DNA from: the human T2T-CHM13v2.0 reference genome, Homo sapiens
Strand: one strand, 5' to 3'
DNA length: 64,000 nucleotides
NCBI RefSeq assembly: GCF_009914755.1
Contig: NC_060930.1
Under the pieces are notes generated by a model that searched no databases, was not told where the DNA came from, and saw only the letters and a program-made list of their open reading frames with translations. Of this stretch, positions 48,916 to 61,540 are shown piece by piece. Numbering within the stretch: position 1 is the first letter of the stretch; each line of letters starts with the position of its first letter. The position numbers were made by a program, and so were the translations under genes.

Positions 48916-51900
48916 GTAACTGCAGAAAGCAGTTTTCACATTTAGGAGATGGCCAGTGGTGTGCTGAGGCCCCATTGGAGAGGCTTCCAGGAGGGTGCTA
49001 TCCGTTGCCGCTCTGTCTCCTTACTCTCTTTTCCTTCATAGCACTTTCCCCACCTGGTATAGTGTATATTTGTTTATGTATTTTGTGTGTGCCCCCTGCC
49101 CCAACCCCCAACCCTGACTATTGGAATGTAAGATTCTCCAGGGTGAAGACTGTCTTTTCGTAACTGCTGACTCTCCTACTGTCACAACAGCACGCAGGGG
49201 ATTGTCAGAGCTCAATAAATATTTGTAGAATGAGCTAATGGATTATAAAGATAGGAGCTTGGTTTTGAAAGTGCCTGTGCTGGCCAAGAATTTTATGTGC
49301 ACCATCTCCTGTAATACTAACAACCACATTTCAAGATAGGATTATCACCATCCCAAAGATGTTAAGTACTCTTCAAATGTGGTTGCTAGGATTGGCTGAA
49401 CTAGGATTGGCTGGCTCTGATTTATGTATTGTTTTGACTCTATTTATTACCTGATAGTAAAAGTGGTGGTGATGTTGGAGGAGGAGGAGGAACAGCAGCT
49501 CCCTGTCTTTCTCAAGTCATTTGCTGTTTGCTTTTACAGTCTTAGTACTGACGCAGTAATTTAATAATTTTATGATTACCAAGCAACTTGTCTGTTACGA
49601 TTTTTTAAATTATTGTTAGTGTTTTGTTCTGCATCTGAATTTTATATTTTGTTCTGTAATTCAAAAGCTATACATTTTCAATGCACTGGATCCATTCCTT
49701 GATTTCACAGAGAATTGAAGAGATTCCTTTAAGCCCTACCTGGAGTTCTTTCTTTCCTGGGGTTGGGGTGAAGGACAAAATAAATCAGTTGGTCTATCCC
49801 AGGAGTCAGGCTTTTAGCTGTGTACAGTGATGGGCAGAACTTCACATTACCTCTCCCTGCCCTGTCCAAAGATGGAGGGGAACTTAATGCTCATCCCAGA
49901 AAATACTGTGTGTATTTACCCCTAATTCATTATCCCTACCACTTTACTAGGTTCCTGGCTGCCCAGGAGAGGGATGTGGTGTTTGTCTGCCTCCCAACAC
50001 TGAGAAAGTTAAAATCAGATTAAATGCTTTGCTGGTGGTTATCTTTACTAAGTTCCATTGTGGCCTTTGGATTGTCAATTACAGCTTTCAAGTCACAGAA
50101 GCCTATTTCATACATTCTTATCTGGGAATTGTTCGCTTTGCTAGACCTTATCACATCCTAATACAAATATTGCTTTAACTCTGCTATTTCATTCCCAATT
50201 CACAAATAATATTTTATGATTGTGTTCCCAGTAGTGATGATTCAACTCTTCCACTGTGCTTATCATGGAGAGCTGGTTGGGGGTATTTGCCATATGGTTA
50301 ATGTGGCAACCTGTGTTTTTAGTGGCCATTATCCAAGTGCTAAAGGGAAGAAGAGCAACAGGACCATGGTCCAGCCATGGGGCTAAAGTGCCCTTGCACT
50401 TAACACCACATGTGTTTGGGTTAAAACGGAGGAAAAATATTTTCACTGCTAGGGCGGTGAAGTTACCAGTGGAGTGTCCAGGAATAAAAGGCTGAATATC
50501 TCTTAAAATCAAATAATAGAGGGCTAGAAATAACACTTCACTAAGAGTCAGGAGGCCTGGACTTTCGTGCTTGCTGTGAAATCAGTTAGCTGAAAGCAGT
50601 TAGTTGATCAAGTTATGTCTCTCTCAGGGCTTCTGTTTCCCCATCTGTGCAGTTAGAGGCAGAAGTAGGTGATCTTTCAAGGTTTTTTTCAATTTCTAAA
50701 ATTCCATCGCCCAATTCTGTGACAATACAGTGAGTGTAGGTAATTCTTTTTCATCAATTTCAGAAGTGTTTACTGTGATATTTCCAAAATCTCCTGGGAA
50801 TTTTAGACATATGTTTCAGAAATATCACAGAAGTGTTTGCTGTGATTTTGTGTAAATATTTTTTTTACTTGGTTAGGATAGGGACAGCTTGATAGAAAAA
50901 TCCAAAATTCTTCAGAGACTTGTTGTCTTGGGCCAGAAGCATCAACATCACTTGGGAGCTTGTTGGAGGTGCATGTCAGATCTCGCCTCAGACTCTCCTA
51001 AATCAGTCTGCATTGTACCAAGATACCTACATGATTTGTATGCACCTGAATGTCTGAGACTCAACTGCTATAGGAAGGAATGTTGTGGATTAGATTGTTT
51101 GTGACTTACGTTTCTTTTCTCTCTCTAGTGTTGAGTATAAGAGCCAAACATCTGATTTGTTAATTGATTGAGTCCTCCAAATTAAAACAGGTATCCGTTG
51201 CTTTAAACAAACATGTTATATGTACTTTTGTTCTTGCAGAGACAGACTGAAAAAAGAATTAGGCACAGGATCTGAAGCTCCAGAGGGGTTCATGCTGGAG
51301 TTCATCCCACATTACAATGCAGAACCCAGGAGTAAAATAGCCAACTCCCTGCCTGCTCTCCAGTAAAAAATGTAAATTCTCCCTTGGAATCCTGGTTTGG
51401 GTGGCATTATGCCATCAGCTTACCCCAGTTCATAGGCATGATATGTGGATTCTACTTCAGTTGCAGGGAACAAAATGAGCACCTCTCCTTTTCTGGGAGA
51501 AGGGGAAGTAAATTTGGCTGGTCAAGGATAACTTGGGCAGAAGAGTGGTGGAGGGCGTGGTTTGCTTTATTCTTGAGGTGGGAGCAGGCTTTCCCAGGAG
51601 GAGGGTGCCCTGGGTGCTGCCATGGGAACATGCATAGATGCACGAGGCAACGCCGCACTAAGCTCTGCTCCCTGCCACTCCCCTTCTCCTCCAGCAACTT
51701 ACTATCCACACAGAGCAGTAGCAGCTACCCTGAGAGGGGAAGTTACTGCTGAAGCCCCCACCCCTGCTGCAGTCCAGTGATGTCTCTGCTTTTGCCAGTG
51801 GCCCTTCTGCCTTCCTTATGGGAGCCTTTTATTCCCAGGACCCTGGTGTGTGCCTGGGCTCGGTTTGGCTGCCACTCCCTGAGAATGTTTCAGCATCCTC

Positions 51901-54900
51901 TTGAAGATTACTTAGGAGGGAAGCTTCTCTCTGGCCTCGGTATTCTGTCTCTGTGCTTTCCTGGGTGGTGTAGCATCCAGTGTAGCATCGTTCTGGGCTT
52001 GAGAGCAAGCCCACATTCACCCTTTGGGATTTTAATTTTAAGCACATTTTCCTCCAAAGTCTTAGTCTTTTGAAACTCAATCATTACATTTTTAGCCACT
52101 TCCTAACACCTCCTGCAGAAGATCAGAATAATGTTCTATGGGTTATTTTTTTCCTATTGATTGTCAATGTGCCACTCTTTGAGGTGTGTATTGGACCGAG
52201 TAAATGTCTTAAGTGGTCTTCTCAGCCAATTATCTACAATTGTCTTCTCAGCCAATGCCTGGGCCCCAGAACAGGACACTTAAGTCAAAATCCCCAGGAG
52301 GCCAAAAGGAAGGAGCTCAGTCTTTTTAAAAACTTCCAAGTGATCCTGATATGTGGCAAGAATTGAAAATAATGGCCAAATGGCCACAACCCTTAAGGGA
52401 AGAGTCTTGAACCACTTTTACATCCATTTCATAGTCTGGAGTTTTTCTCCCCATCACCTTGGTTTGTCCACATTGAACTGCGTATTTCTTTATGACTTTT
52501 CAAACAGCTTATATATAACTCTGTGAGGTGAGGTGCTCTTTTCTTTTTCATTTTTCTTTTTTAGCTAAAGTTATTGATTAGGATCTCTAAGGGCCTATAG
52601 TGGCAGTTGCAAACTTGGAAATTCTATCGTGGCCCTTAAAAATTACTTAGATAGTAAATAAAAGGGGCCCTATCAATAGGGCCCAGGGAATCTCACTATT
52701 AACAGTTCTTCATTCGGAAAAGTGTTTGCTTCCCCTACATTTCGTTTTCTTTCTCAAGTTTGAGCCTTGATAAACATTCCTTTCAAATTTAATAGTGCAT
52801 ATAAAGTTCTTGCTTTGGGGAGAGATGGTTATAAAATTCCTCATTTAAATGTCTTTGAATGATTATGGTAATATGATACTGGTTTATCTTTTACACTCTG
52901 CCCCATAGTGTTTCCCAGAGGTTCTGGCTGCTTCTGTCAACTATTTTTACCTAGTAAAGTTTCCCTTACATTGTCTAGTGTGGCTTGTATTTTTCTTTGT
53001 ATATTAGCTCCAGTTATTGGAGTTAGACAGTTAACTCCAGTTGTCTGGTTTTGAAGCTGTGAAACGATTCTGCAGCTCTGTGGGAACTGCTGAGGTAGAA
53101 CCTAACGTAAAATTGGAAATGGCTCTGACATCATTAAAATGATTGAACAACTTTTCATCAGTGTTCTAAGGAGTTTTTCATGATTCCACATTTTCCATAT
53201 TTCTCTAGTAGTTCAGAGTTTTGTATATTCTGTGAAATGAAAAGAAGAAACTGTATTAATCAAATTAAGTAGGGAGTGGACTGGTTTTCCTAAAATCATC
53301 AGTCACCATCTTAATGATGGACAGTCCTCTCCCTTCTGTCGAATGAAGTTTTAACATTCAAATTTGTCTGCATTCCATGTCTTGAAGCACGTGACCACTG
53401 AGTTGCTGCTACTCACCAGAACTAGCCCGCTACTGCAGTAGAACCTTCTGTCTGCAGCCTTTTTCTCCACAAGTCACAGGATTTGTGTTCCTAGTTTTGC
53501 TCATGGCCTTTGCCAAGCCTGGAAGTCTCTTCTCTCCTCCTTGTAAAGACCAGCTTCAGTTTTATTCTTCCCAGAAGCCTCTGATTGAACGTCTCCTTCA
53601 GGCTTATCATTGTGAAATTTTGACAGTTAATTATATTCACTATCCCATTATTCTTTTTCTTGTCTCCAAGTCTTATTTTTGCAACAGATTAAAACTTCTT
53701 GAAAATGCATCCTTTTTGATATTTTTTATTGTATTGCATAGGACTCATCCCATGGTTTCAAAAATGTTAATTAAACTGAAGAAATTCAATATTCCAAATA
53801 AGTCCAGCAAAACCCCTTGCTTTGATCTTCCAAATGAGTTCTTAGGTTCTAGTTGTTTGAGTCTATCCTGATAGTATTCCAAGGTAATTTAAAAAAATAG
53901 CAAGAAGATGAAATGACTTCATTTGTGAAAGAAAAGGCACCCACTAAGATTTTGGGCTTTTTTTCCCAAGATGAGCTAATCAGTTTATGACTTTAGTGAA
54001 CCAACTTAAAAAGTAAATGCTTTAGATGAAAATTGGTAGTAAGAAATATAAACATGAAGCAAATCTCAGCATTAGGGCAATTTTCAAAACTCACATTTTA
54101 AAGAACAACTAAATTGCAGTTGCTCAGTGCATATAAATAGGAGTGTTTCCATAGAGTCAATTTGAGCAGCTTTAGTAATTGGAGTTATTTTTCATTTGGC
54201 CACCCATCTAATTGAACATTAAAATTTAAAAATTAAATCAAACACATAGGTAAAACTAATGGTATAAATTCTGATCCTCTTTTTCAAAAATGGGAAAACA
54301 TTCACATTTCACTAATAAGTCATTAGCATTCTTCTCTTCAAAGTCCTCAAGATGGAAGAAATTCCAAGAACTAAAACGGTTAGCTGTATGAATTTTCATG
54401 TTAATATCCCATAACCCTCTCCACCCACCCTTGCTCCTGGGATAATCTGGAAGAGGCTCACCTCAATGTTTCTGAGTCCACTTCAGAAATTCCAAACACT
54501 GGGTGAGCCTCAGCATTGACCTCTTACAGAGAAAGGGTTCCTTTTGCCCTGGTAATAATCGACCAGTGTTTATTAGGCAACCATGATTCTTTCCCCCAAG
54601 GTGCAAAAGGGGAGACAAAAATAGAAGACGTGTTTTTCACTGTCAAGACTCAAAATCTGGTTACAGGACCACATATATCAATATGAAACATCTTAAAAAA
54701 CCCACAAAACAAAAACCAAGGCAACATGAATGCTGGGACTAGGAAGCAGGAAGCTGTCAAGAGAAGCAATGTTAGGGACCAAGGCTCCCACCCTTGCACC
54801 TAGGACCACACAGTCTCTCCTCCCTTCCAGGCTATGGCCTCTGCTCCTCCTCACCTCTTCTAAGTACAGGGTGGAAGATGGTTCTTCACAGCTCCTGAGT

Positions 54901-55407
54901 TTACAAGTTTTCCTAGTCTAAGCCCCAGATAACAATTACAAACCCTAAGTCCAAATTCCTGGGAGAAGGGGTCTGGTCAGTTCTTTTTGGGTTGGCTGTC
55001 TACCTTGGATCAAATTAGCTAAGGGATAGGTGTGGGTGTCACATAGCGCAAATCTCTAATGCCTGACAACCTTAACTAAAGAAGTTTAGGTCTAGAGGTA
55101 ACAGTAGTACTTTACATTTTTAAGAGCTACTCCTATTATTATTATTATTATTGTTGCTCTTAGTCTGATCTCCCAGGGTCAGAACATCTAGACCCAAATT
55201 AATCTTAATGGTTTACTAAATACTTTAAAAGCATACCCTGAAACTCAGTAATTCAAACCTTTGAATTTTCTGAATTCCTTCTCTGACTTGTTCATGAACT
55301 TGTCCCAACAAAAATTTATTTAGATTTTTTTTTAAATGGTGGAATTATTCAGGATCGGAATCATGGAACAGCTGCAGCAAGAAGGATTGGAATGGCTTGT
55401 GAAAACG

Positions 55408-55410
<3 letters not shown>

Positions 55411-55448
<38 letters not shown>
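55411..55448. repeat. (TG)n microsatellite
   Basis: About 19 GT units. Confidence 0.96.
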
Positions 55449-55449
<1 letters not shown>

Positions 55450-56254
55450 GAGTTGGGGAAGGCAGAAAAGAAAAAGAAAAGTTAGTATATACTTAGAGGT
55501 AAAAGAGTAGAATTAAACATTCCCATAGATGTATAGGGATTCTACTCTCCACATGAGTCCTCACCTTAGGCACTAGAATTAGGGTCTAGGAACTAATCTA
55601 ATAAATCCCTGGCCCTTCCTTAGAGACTGATTATGTGTTGCGATAGGAAAAGCTGATGCCATAGAAACATCTGGACTCATCTATGTGGGTTGTTGGATCA
55701 TCAGTTCTTGGAGCTATCAGGTCTAATACTTGCCATACCTTTAAAATGCTCTCTGGAATATCAAAACAATTGAATCATTTGCTCTGAGTCCAGTTTGATT
55801 ATTTATTGGTGATTTGACAATTGTAAACAGTTAGCCACTATTGCACAGGAGTCTCTTAGGCCCTCTTTGATTAAGTAGAGGGAAACAAATGAGGGTCATG
55901 TGAAAGTTTCAAGACAGACACGTCATGTATACAACAGAAATTTTTAGTTTTCAAAATCTGAAATGGCAAGATTGCAAAGGGAAGCCATCACAGAATCTAA
56001 GTGCTCTTGAGAGAGGTTTAGATAATCCAACTGAAAAAATTCAAACCCTTGCATTTGACATTTCAAACTTTCAAGAGTCCATTGTAGAATAACAGTTCAT
56101 TCAACAGGTATTTGTTGAGCATCTACTGCATTTTTTGAGTTGTCAGTGGAGACCTAGACTTTTTTTAAAACCCAAGAACTCCAACTTGGCAAATCTTTGG
56201 AGATTTCTTTATATAAACCCCTTAGCTATAGAGCCATGAAGTAATATTTCTAAT

Positions 56255-56592
56255 ATGGCTATATGCCACATAACGTTTCAGTCAACATGGATTGCATATA
56301 CGGTGGTGGTCCTGTAAGAGTATAATGTATTTTTACTGTACCTTTTCTGTGTTTAGATGTGTCTAGATACACAAATACCTACCATTGTGTTACAGTTGCC
56401 TGCAGTATTCAGTCCCGTAACATGCTGCACAGGTTTGTAGCCTGGGAGCAATAGACTACATCATGTAGCCTAGGTGCGTATAGGCTGTACCATCTAGGTT
56501 TGTGTAAGTGCCCTCTAAGATGTTTGCGTGAGGAAATTGCTTAATGATGCATTTCTCAGAAGGTAACCCCATCATTAAGCGACATGAATGTA
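56255..56592. mobile_element. Tigger3a/MER7-like DNA transposon
   Basis: cataacgtttcagtcaac...ggtggtcctgtaagagtataat...aggtttgtagcctgggagcaatagac...catcattaagcgacatgaatgta. Confidence 0.8.
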
Positions 56593-56731
56593 TATCCAAA
56601 ATTGTATATACTATTCTTTTAAACTAATGTCAATTTATTTTGATAATATAGCCTTAATTTTACTGTATTTTGATAGCAATAAAAATGGAATCAGGTACAT
56701 GCAATACTTACTTTTCTTTGGTGTTTTTAAG

Positions 56732-56848
56732 GAGCGACGAAAATTTGGCCCCTTAGGATGGAATATTCCCTACGAATTCAATTCTGCTGACTTTTCAGCC
56801 AGTGTTCAGTTTATTCAGAATCACCTTGATGAATGCGATATTAAGAAA
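56732..56848 (+). CDS. DNAH8: DNAH8 exon M (AAA6 lid)
   Basis: ttaag|GAGCGA ... AAGAAA|gtgagt; 117 nt; [39 protein letters not shown]. Confidence 0.95.
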
Positions 56849-57289
56849 GTGAGTGAAATTATGCCTTTTTTCCTGTTTTTATTGCTCTTCTTAAATCAGG
56901 GTTCTACAGTCATTTGAAGTCTATGATAAGGTGTGAATTTGCTGAGCCCCATGAGCCCCCTTTGAAGGGACTTGTTGCTGTAATCAGGCACTTGCTGGGG
57001 CAGCCTGTCCCTGCCCCCAACACTCACATACCTCTGAAGCTAACTAACTCAGTGTGTTGCAAAATACCGCAGCCTTCCTCATGTTACACTCAGGGACCAC
57101 AGTGCACTTCAAGAGAAGGTGTGCTTTAGGTCAAGCTTCTCCTCACTGGTCCTACTCCTGCCTCCTCAGAAGTGAAGATGGTATCTGCCTGCCCATGCGA
57201 AAGTTCTTTCTCACCTTAAGTCACTTCTTAACTGCTCAGCTTATGCATATGAATAACAATACTTTCTAGTAATGGTCATTCATCATCAT

Positions 57290-57650
57290 ATGACACTTTG
57301 CAGTTTTCAAAGTTCTCATGTGTGCAGGATCTCACTTTTATCTTCACAACCCTGTGAGATCAATAAAAAAGGCATTATTATTTATTTATTTATTACCCAT
57401 TTTACTGATGAGGTAACAGACAGGAGAGACTAAGAGACTTCCTCAAGGTCACAGAGCTGAGAACGTAAAATCTGTTGTCCTTTCACACATATAAAGGGTT
57501 GGAAATTTGTTTTTTCTATAATCTTTGGCAAGTTAATGAGCCTTAAAGCCTGTTTCCTCATCTATAAAATGAACATTGTTTCTGTGAGGAACGAATGAGT
57601 TAGTATTTGTGAAAGCACAGTACACAGTACCTAATAAGAGCTCATTCAAT
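57290..57650. mobile_element. MIR fragments in opposite orientations
   Basis: tacccattttactgatgaggtaacagacag...caaggtcacagagct; and cctgtttcctcatctataaaatg...gtgaaagcacagtacacagtacct. Confidence 0.6.
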
Positions 57651-58590
57651 ATGACTCTCTGCAGTCTGGCCCCCTCTTCTTCCACAGAGTAGGGCTTCAA
57701 GGTAATTAGAGATTCTGAAGCTTCCGTAATGGGGTGGTAAGCCATGATGAGTGTTTACTCTAGTACCAAACCGTCATTTTTCCTTGAAATGACAAAGGGA
57801 TATGAAATTAAAAGTAAGGCAGTCTGATGAAAAGTTATATTCTATGTGTTCATATTCTGTGGTCATTTATCATTTTGGTACATACAAATAATAGTTACCT
57901 TAAAATAGTTGCTTTGAAAGGCAACCAAGCTGAAAAATAAAATTTTAACCAAGAAAAAGTAAACAAAAAGCAAATATCCTTATTTCTCATAACTCAAATG
58001 TATCAAGGGTTTAAAGAAACTGCTAAACTGCAATATATTGCTAGTATAAAATTGCTATAGAAATTAATAAATATTTTGATGTAGTTTTAGCACATAGAAT
58101 GAGATGCAGAGGATGGCAGAGGATTGCATTGAGGAAAAATCTTGTGGATAAATAATTTTCTTGTTGTTCTCGTAATGATTCCAGAAAATACATTACTAAG
58201 AAAGCGTATTAAAGCAATGATTACTTGATTTTTCTCCTTTTTTCACTAAACACCACTTTCCTCCTCTGTAACAGCTTGGCATTACTACAATGAGTATTAT
58301 AGGTAATTATATCCCCAGAGTGAAAATTAGTCTTTTTCCCTATTTTAAATAATATACGTGCAATATACTTACCAGTGTTTAGTATTGTAGATTTTTTCTT
58401 GGTGAACAAACTGTAGTGGTTCCAGCCATGTAATAGTGAAAGAGTTATTAATATAAGACGATGAATAATTTTAAATGTGAGTCTAGTGAGTGCTTCCTTT
58501 TCCAGACCTTTCCTCTAGGGAAAGACCCGAAATGTTTATAATGATGTGTTTGGGTTGACAATTAATAATCCTTTTTTACTTTTAATAAAG

Positions 58591-58692
58591 GGTGTATCAT
58601 GGAATACGGTTCGGTACATGATCGGAGAAGTACAATATGGAGGCAGAGTGACAGATGACTTTGACAAACGTCTACTTAATTGCTTTGCCAGA
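58591..58692 (+). CDS. DNAH8: DNAH8 exon N
   Basis: taaag|GGTGTA ... GCCAGA|gtaagt; 102 nt; [34 protein letters not shown] (conserved YGGRVTD). The gene continues beyond the window. Confidence 0.95.
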
Positions 58693-58835
58693 GTAAGTCA
58701 ATTTAGAAAAATAAAGTTTGGAGACACATTTCACTGTATTTTCCAATTTTTTTGTTTGTAATAGGTCTGCCAAACTCAAGCATACAGCAGAGCTGCTGCA
58801 AAGAATTAGCCAAGAAACAAATGCATGTGTGCGCT

Positions 58836-58880
58836 TACACACACGCACACACATGCACACACACACACACACACACACAC
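58836..58880. repeat. (CA)n microsatellite
   Basis: Interrupted CA run. Confidence 0.92.
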
Positions 58881-58895
58881 AACAACCAGCAATTG

Positions 58896-59246
<351 letters not shown>

Positions 59247-61019
59247 TCATTGCTCTATAACTCCTTTCCCATGTAGATGAAACTGCTTGTGCCCAGGGCC
59301 TCTCCCCCACTGCCCCTCCTCCATCTTCCGCATTCCTGTGCACCTCACTTGTGAGGAAAACACTGGCCATCATTTCTCTGCCTCTTTCTCTGAGTGAAAG
59401 TCTTATGGTGATTTCAAGCCCCAAAATAAGTGATTGGGGGATTAATCATAATTTGAGTTTTCTCATCTCTTCTATTAGGATAGACAATTGGAAATTGAGG
59501 AAGTGTTCACTTTTTCTCTGTGCCAAATAAAATCCACATATAACATGCTGATAAATATTTTCTAGAGAAAATTGTTTATTAGCAATTGTGGCTTTCACAT
59601 CAAGGATGAATGTAATAAATAACACCTACCAGACTCAAACTCTTCTTAAAATGTTTTACATTTTAGGGAAGTAATATATAACACCTAAGTGAGAAAAAAC
59701 CAGATGTCTTTTATGGTTATTAAATTCTTTATATTGGAACCTATACCGGTAATTCTCTACTTAAATGATTCTTTTTTCTTGACAAAATTAAAGCCTCAAC
59801 AACAAAGCACAAGCTTTGGGAGTATTTTGATAAGCTGGGGGTTGACTAGAAAACGGATTTTTAACCTTTACTTGTTTTAGCAAGTTTTTCTTGAAGCTAC
59901 ATATGGAGAACTGTGAAAAATAATAAGTGTTGGTGAGAATGTGCGGAGGGAGGAGCCCTGCTGCTGGGAGGTCAAATGGACACAGACCTCCTGGAAAGCA
60001 GTCCAGTAATACTTACTGAAATTAGGTATCTCAGGTAGACATATCTCAGAACATTTCTAGAAAGAGTCCACAAATGGACATGTACAAAAATATTCATGGC
60101 AACATTGTGTGTGGAGCTGAAGGCAAGCATCATAGATGGTTTTCCTGGAAGCAGAGGTGGAGATTTGCATTCAAGTGCCTCCTCCCCAGCCTTCCTGCAA
60201 GACATGACCTTGGCTGAAGCAGCTGCCTCCTGCTAGGGCAGTTCCTGGGGAGGGACAATGCTGTGAGTCCACAGTAGCCAACACTCCAGACAGCGGTGGG
60301 GAGTGAGTACCTGCTCCTGAAAGAGGATCGAGTGGCACATCATAGCATCCACTACAAAAACCTAAGACTCCTAAGAGAATAGATAAGATGTGGTGGGTGA
60401 GCACCATGGCATACTATTGCTCACCCTTGTGGGGTGCAACCTGTTAGTCATAGTCATATCAAGTGTGTGATACGACTACCTTCTGAACCAGAATCCTGCT
60501 CCTGAGTATATGTCCCAGAGAAATTCTCAGAATGTACCAAATAGATTATTCATAGCATTGTTGGTGGTAGTGGGAAGTTGAAGGCAACTTAGGAATCCAT
60601 CATGGGGAAATAGTTAAGTTACCTGTTGTAGAGGCCTATGGTGGCATATAATGCAGCACTTAGAAGCAATGATCTATACGACATCATGCATAGGTCTTAC
60701 AAACAGTGTTGAGTGCAGAGCTTTAAAAAAAAGTAAAGTGAGATCTATAAAGGCATATATGCATAGTTCACAAGGATAAATACATGTTCTAGGACATATA
60801 TCAAGTACACTTAAATAGATGCCCTCAGAGGGAAAAGGAGACAGTGAATGGATATCAGGGCAGAATGGGGAAAAATTAAAATAAAAGGGGCCTAGATTCA
60901 TAAAAATAATAAACTCGGGAGTGTGAGAAACTGACCTCTGTATTTGAGATTCAAAGGAGAAAAAAAAAGATGTCTTAATAAGTATACTTTGTTAGAATAA
61001 TTGTAAAAGTATCTAAAAT

Positions 61020-61540
61020 TGGAGTTTTAGCAGCAGAGACTAAGATGTGGTTAGCTTCAGAATATAATTCACCAAGAGTACCAGCAGAATGCTGATGGGA
61101 TCAAGTGCGTGGGTGAAAGAAGAGGGGAGTCAAGGTCATCCCTAGTTTTGACTTAAGCCACTGGACACAGAATGGGGCTATTTACAGACAAGAGGAAGGG
61201 CTGCAGCAGGGAAGAGTTTTATTGGCTGGGGCTGGAAATTAAGAGTTGGTTTTGATCATATAACATTTGAGATGTCTATTAGACATCCAAATCAAGTTGT
61301 CTCAGACTGTAACTGCCATGAGGGCAGGGACTTTGTCTTATTACATCAGTGCCAAACTCTGAGCACCAGAAACAGAGCCCAACACATCTAAGTGCTCAGT
61401 AAATATTTGTTGAATAGAAGAACGAATGCATGAATGCAGGTGAACAAGGCACCTGGATGTACAGATCCGGAGGTCATGGTGGAGCTCAGGCATGGAGATA
61501 AGGATCTGGAATTCTTCAGCATGTAGACAGTGGCAACGGA
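61020..61540. mobile_element. L2-derived fragments
   Basis: atttgagatgtctattagacatccaa...; catgagggcagggactttgtc...gtgctcagtaaatatttgttgaat. Confidence 0.6.
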
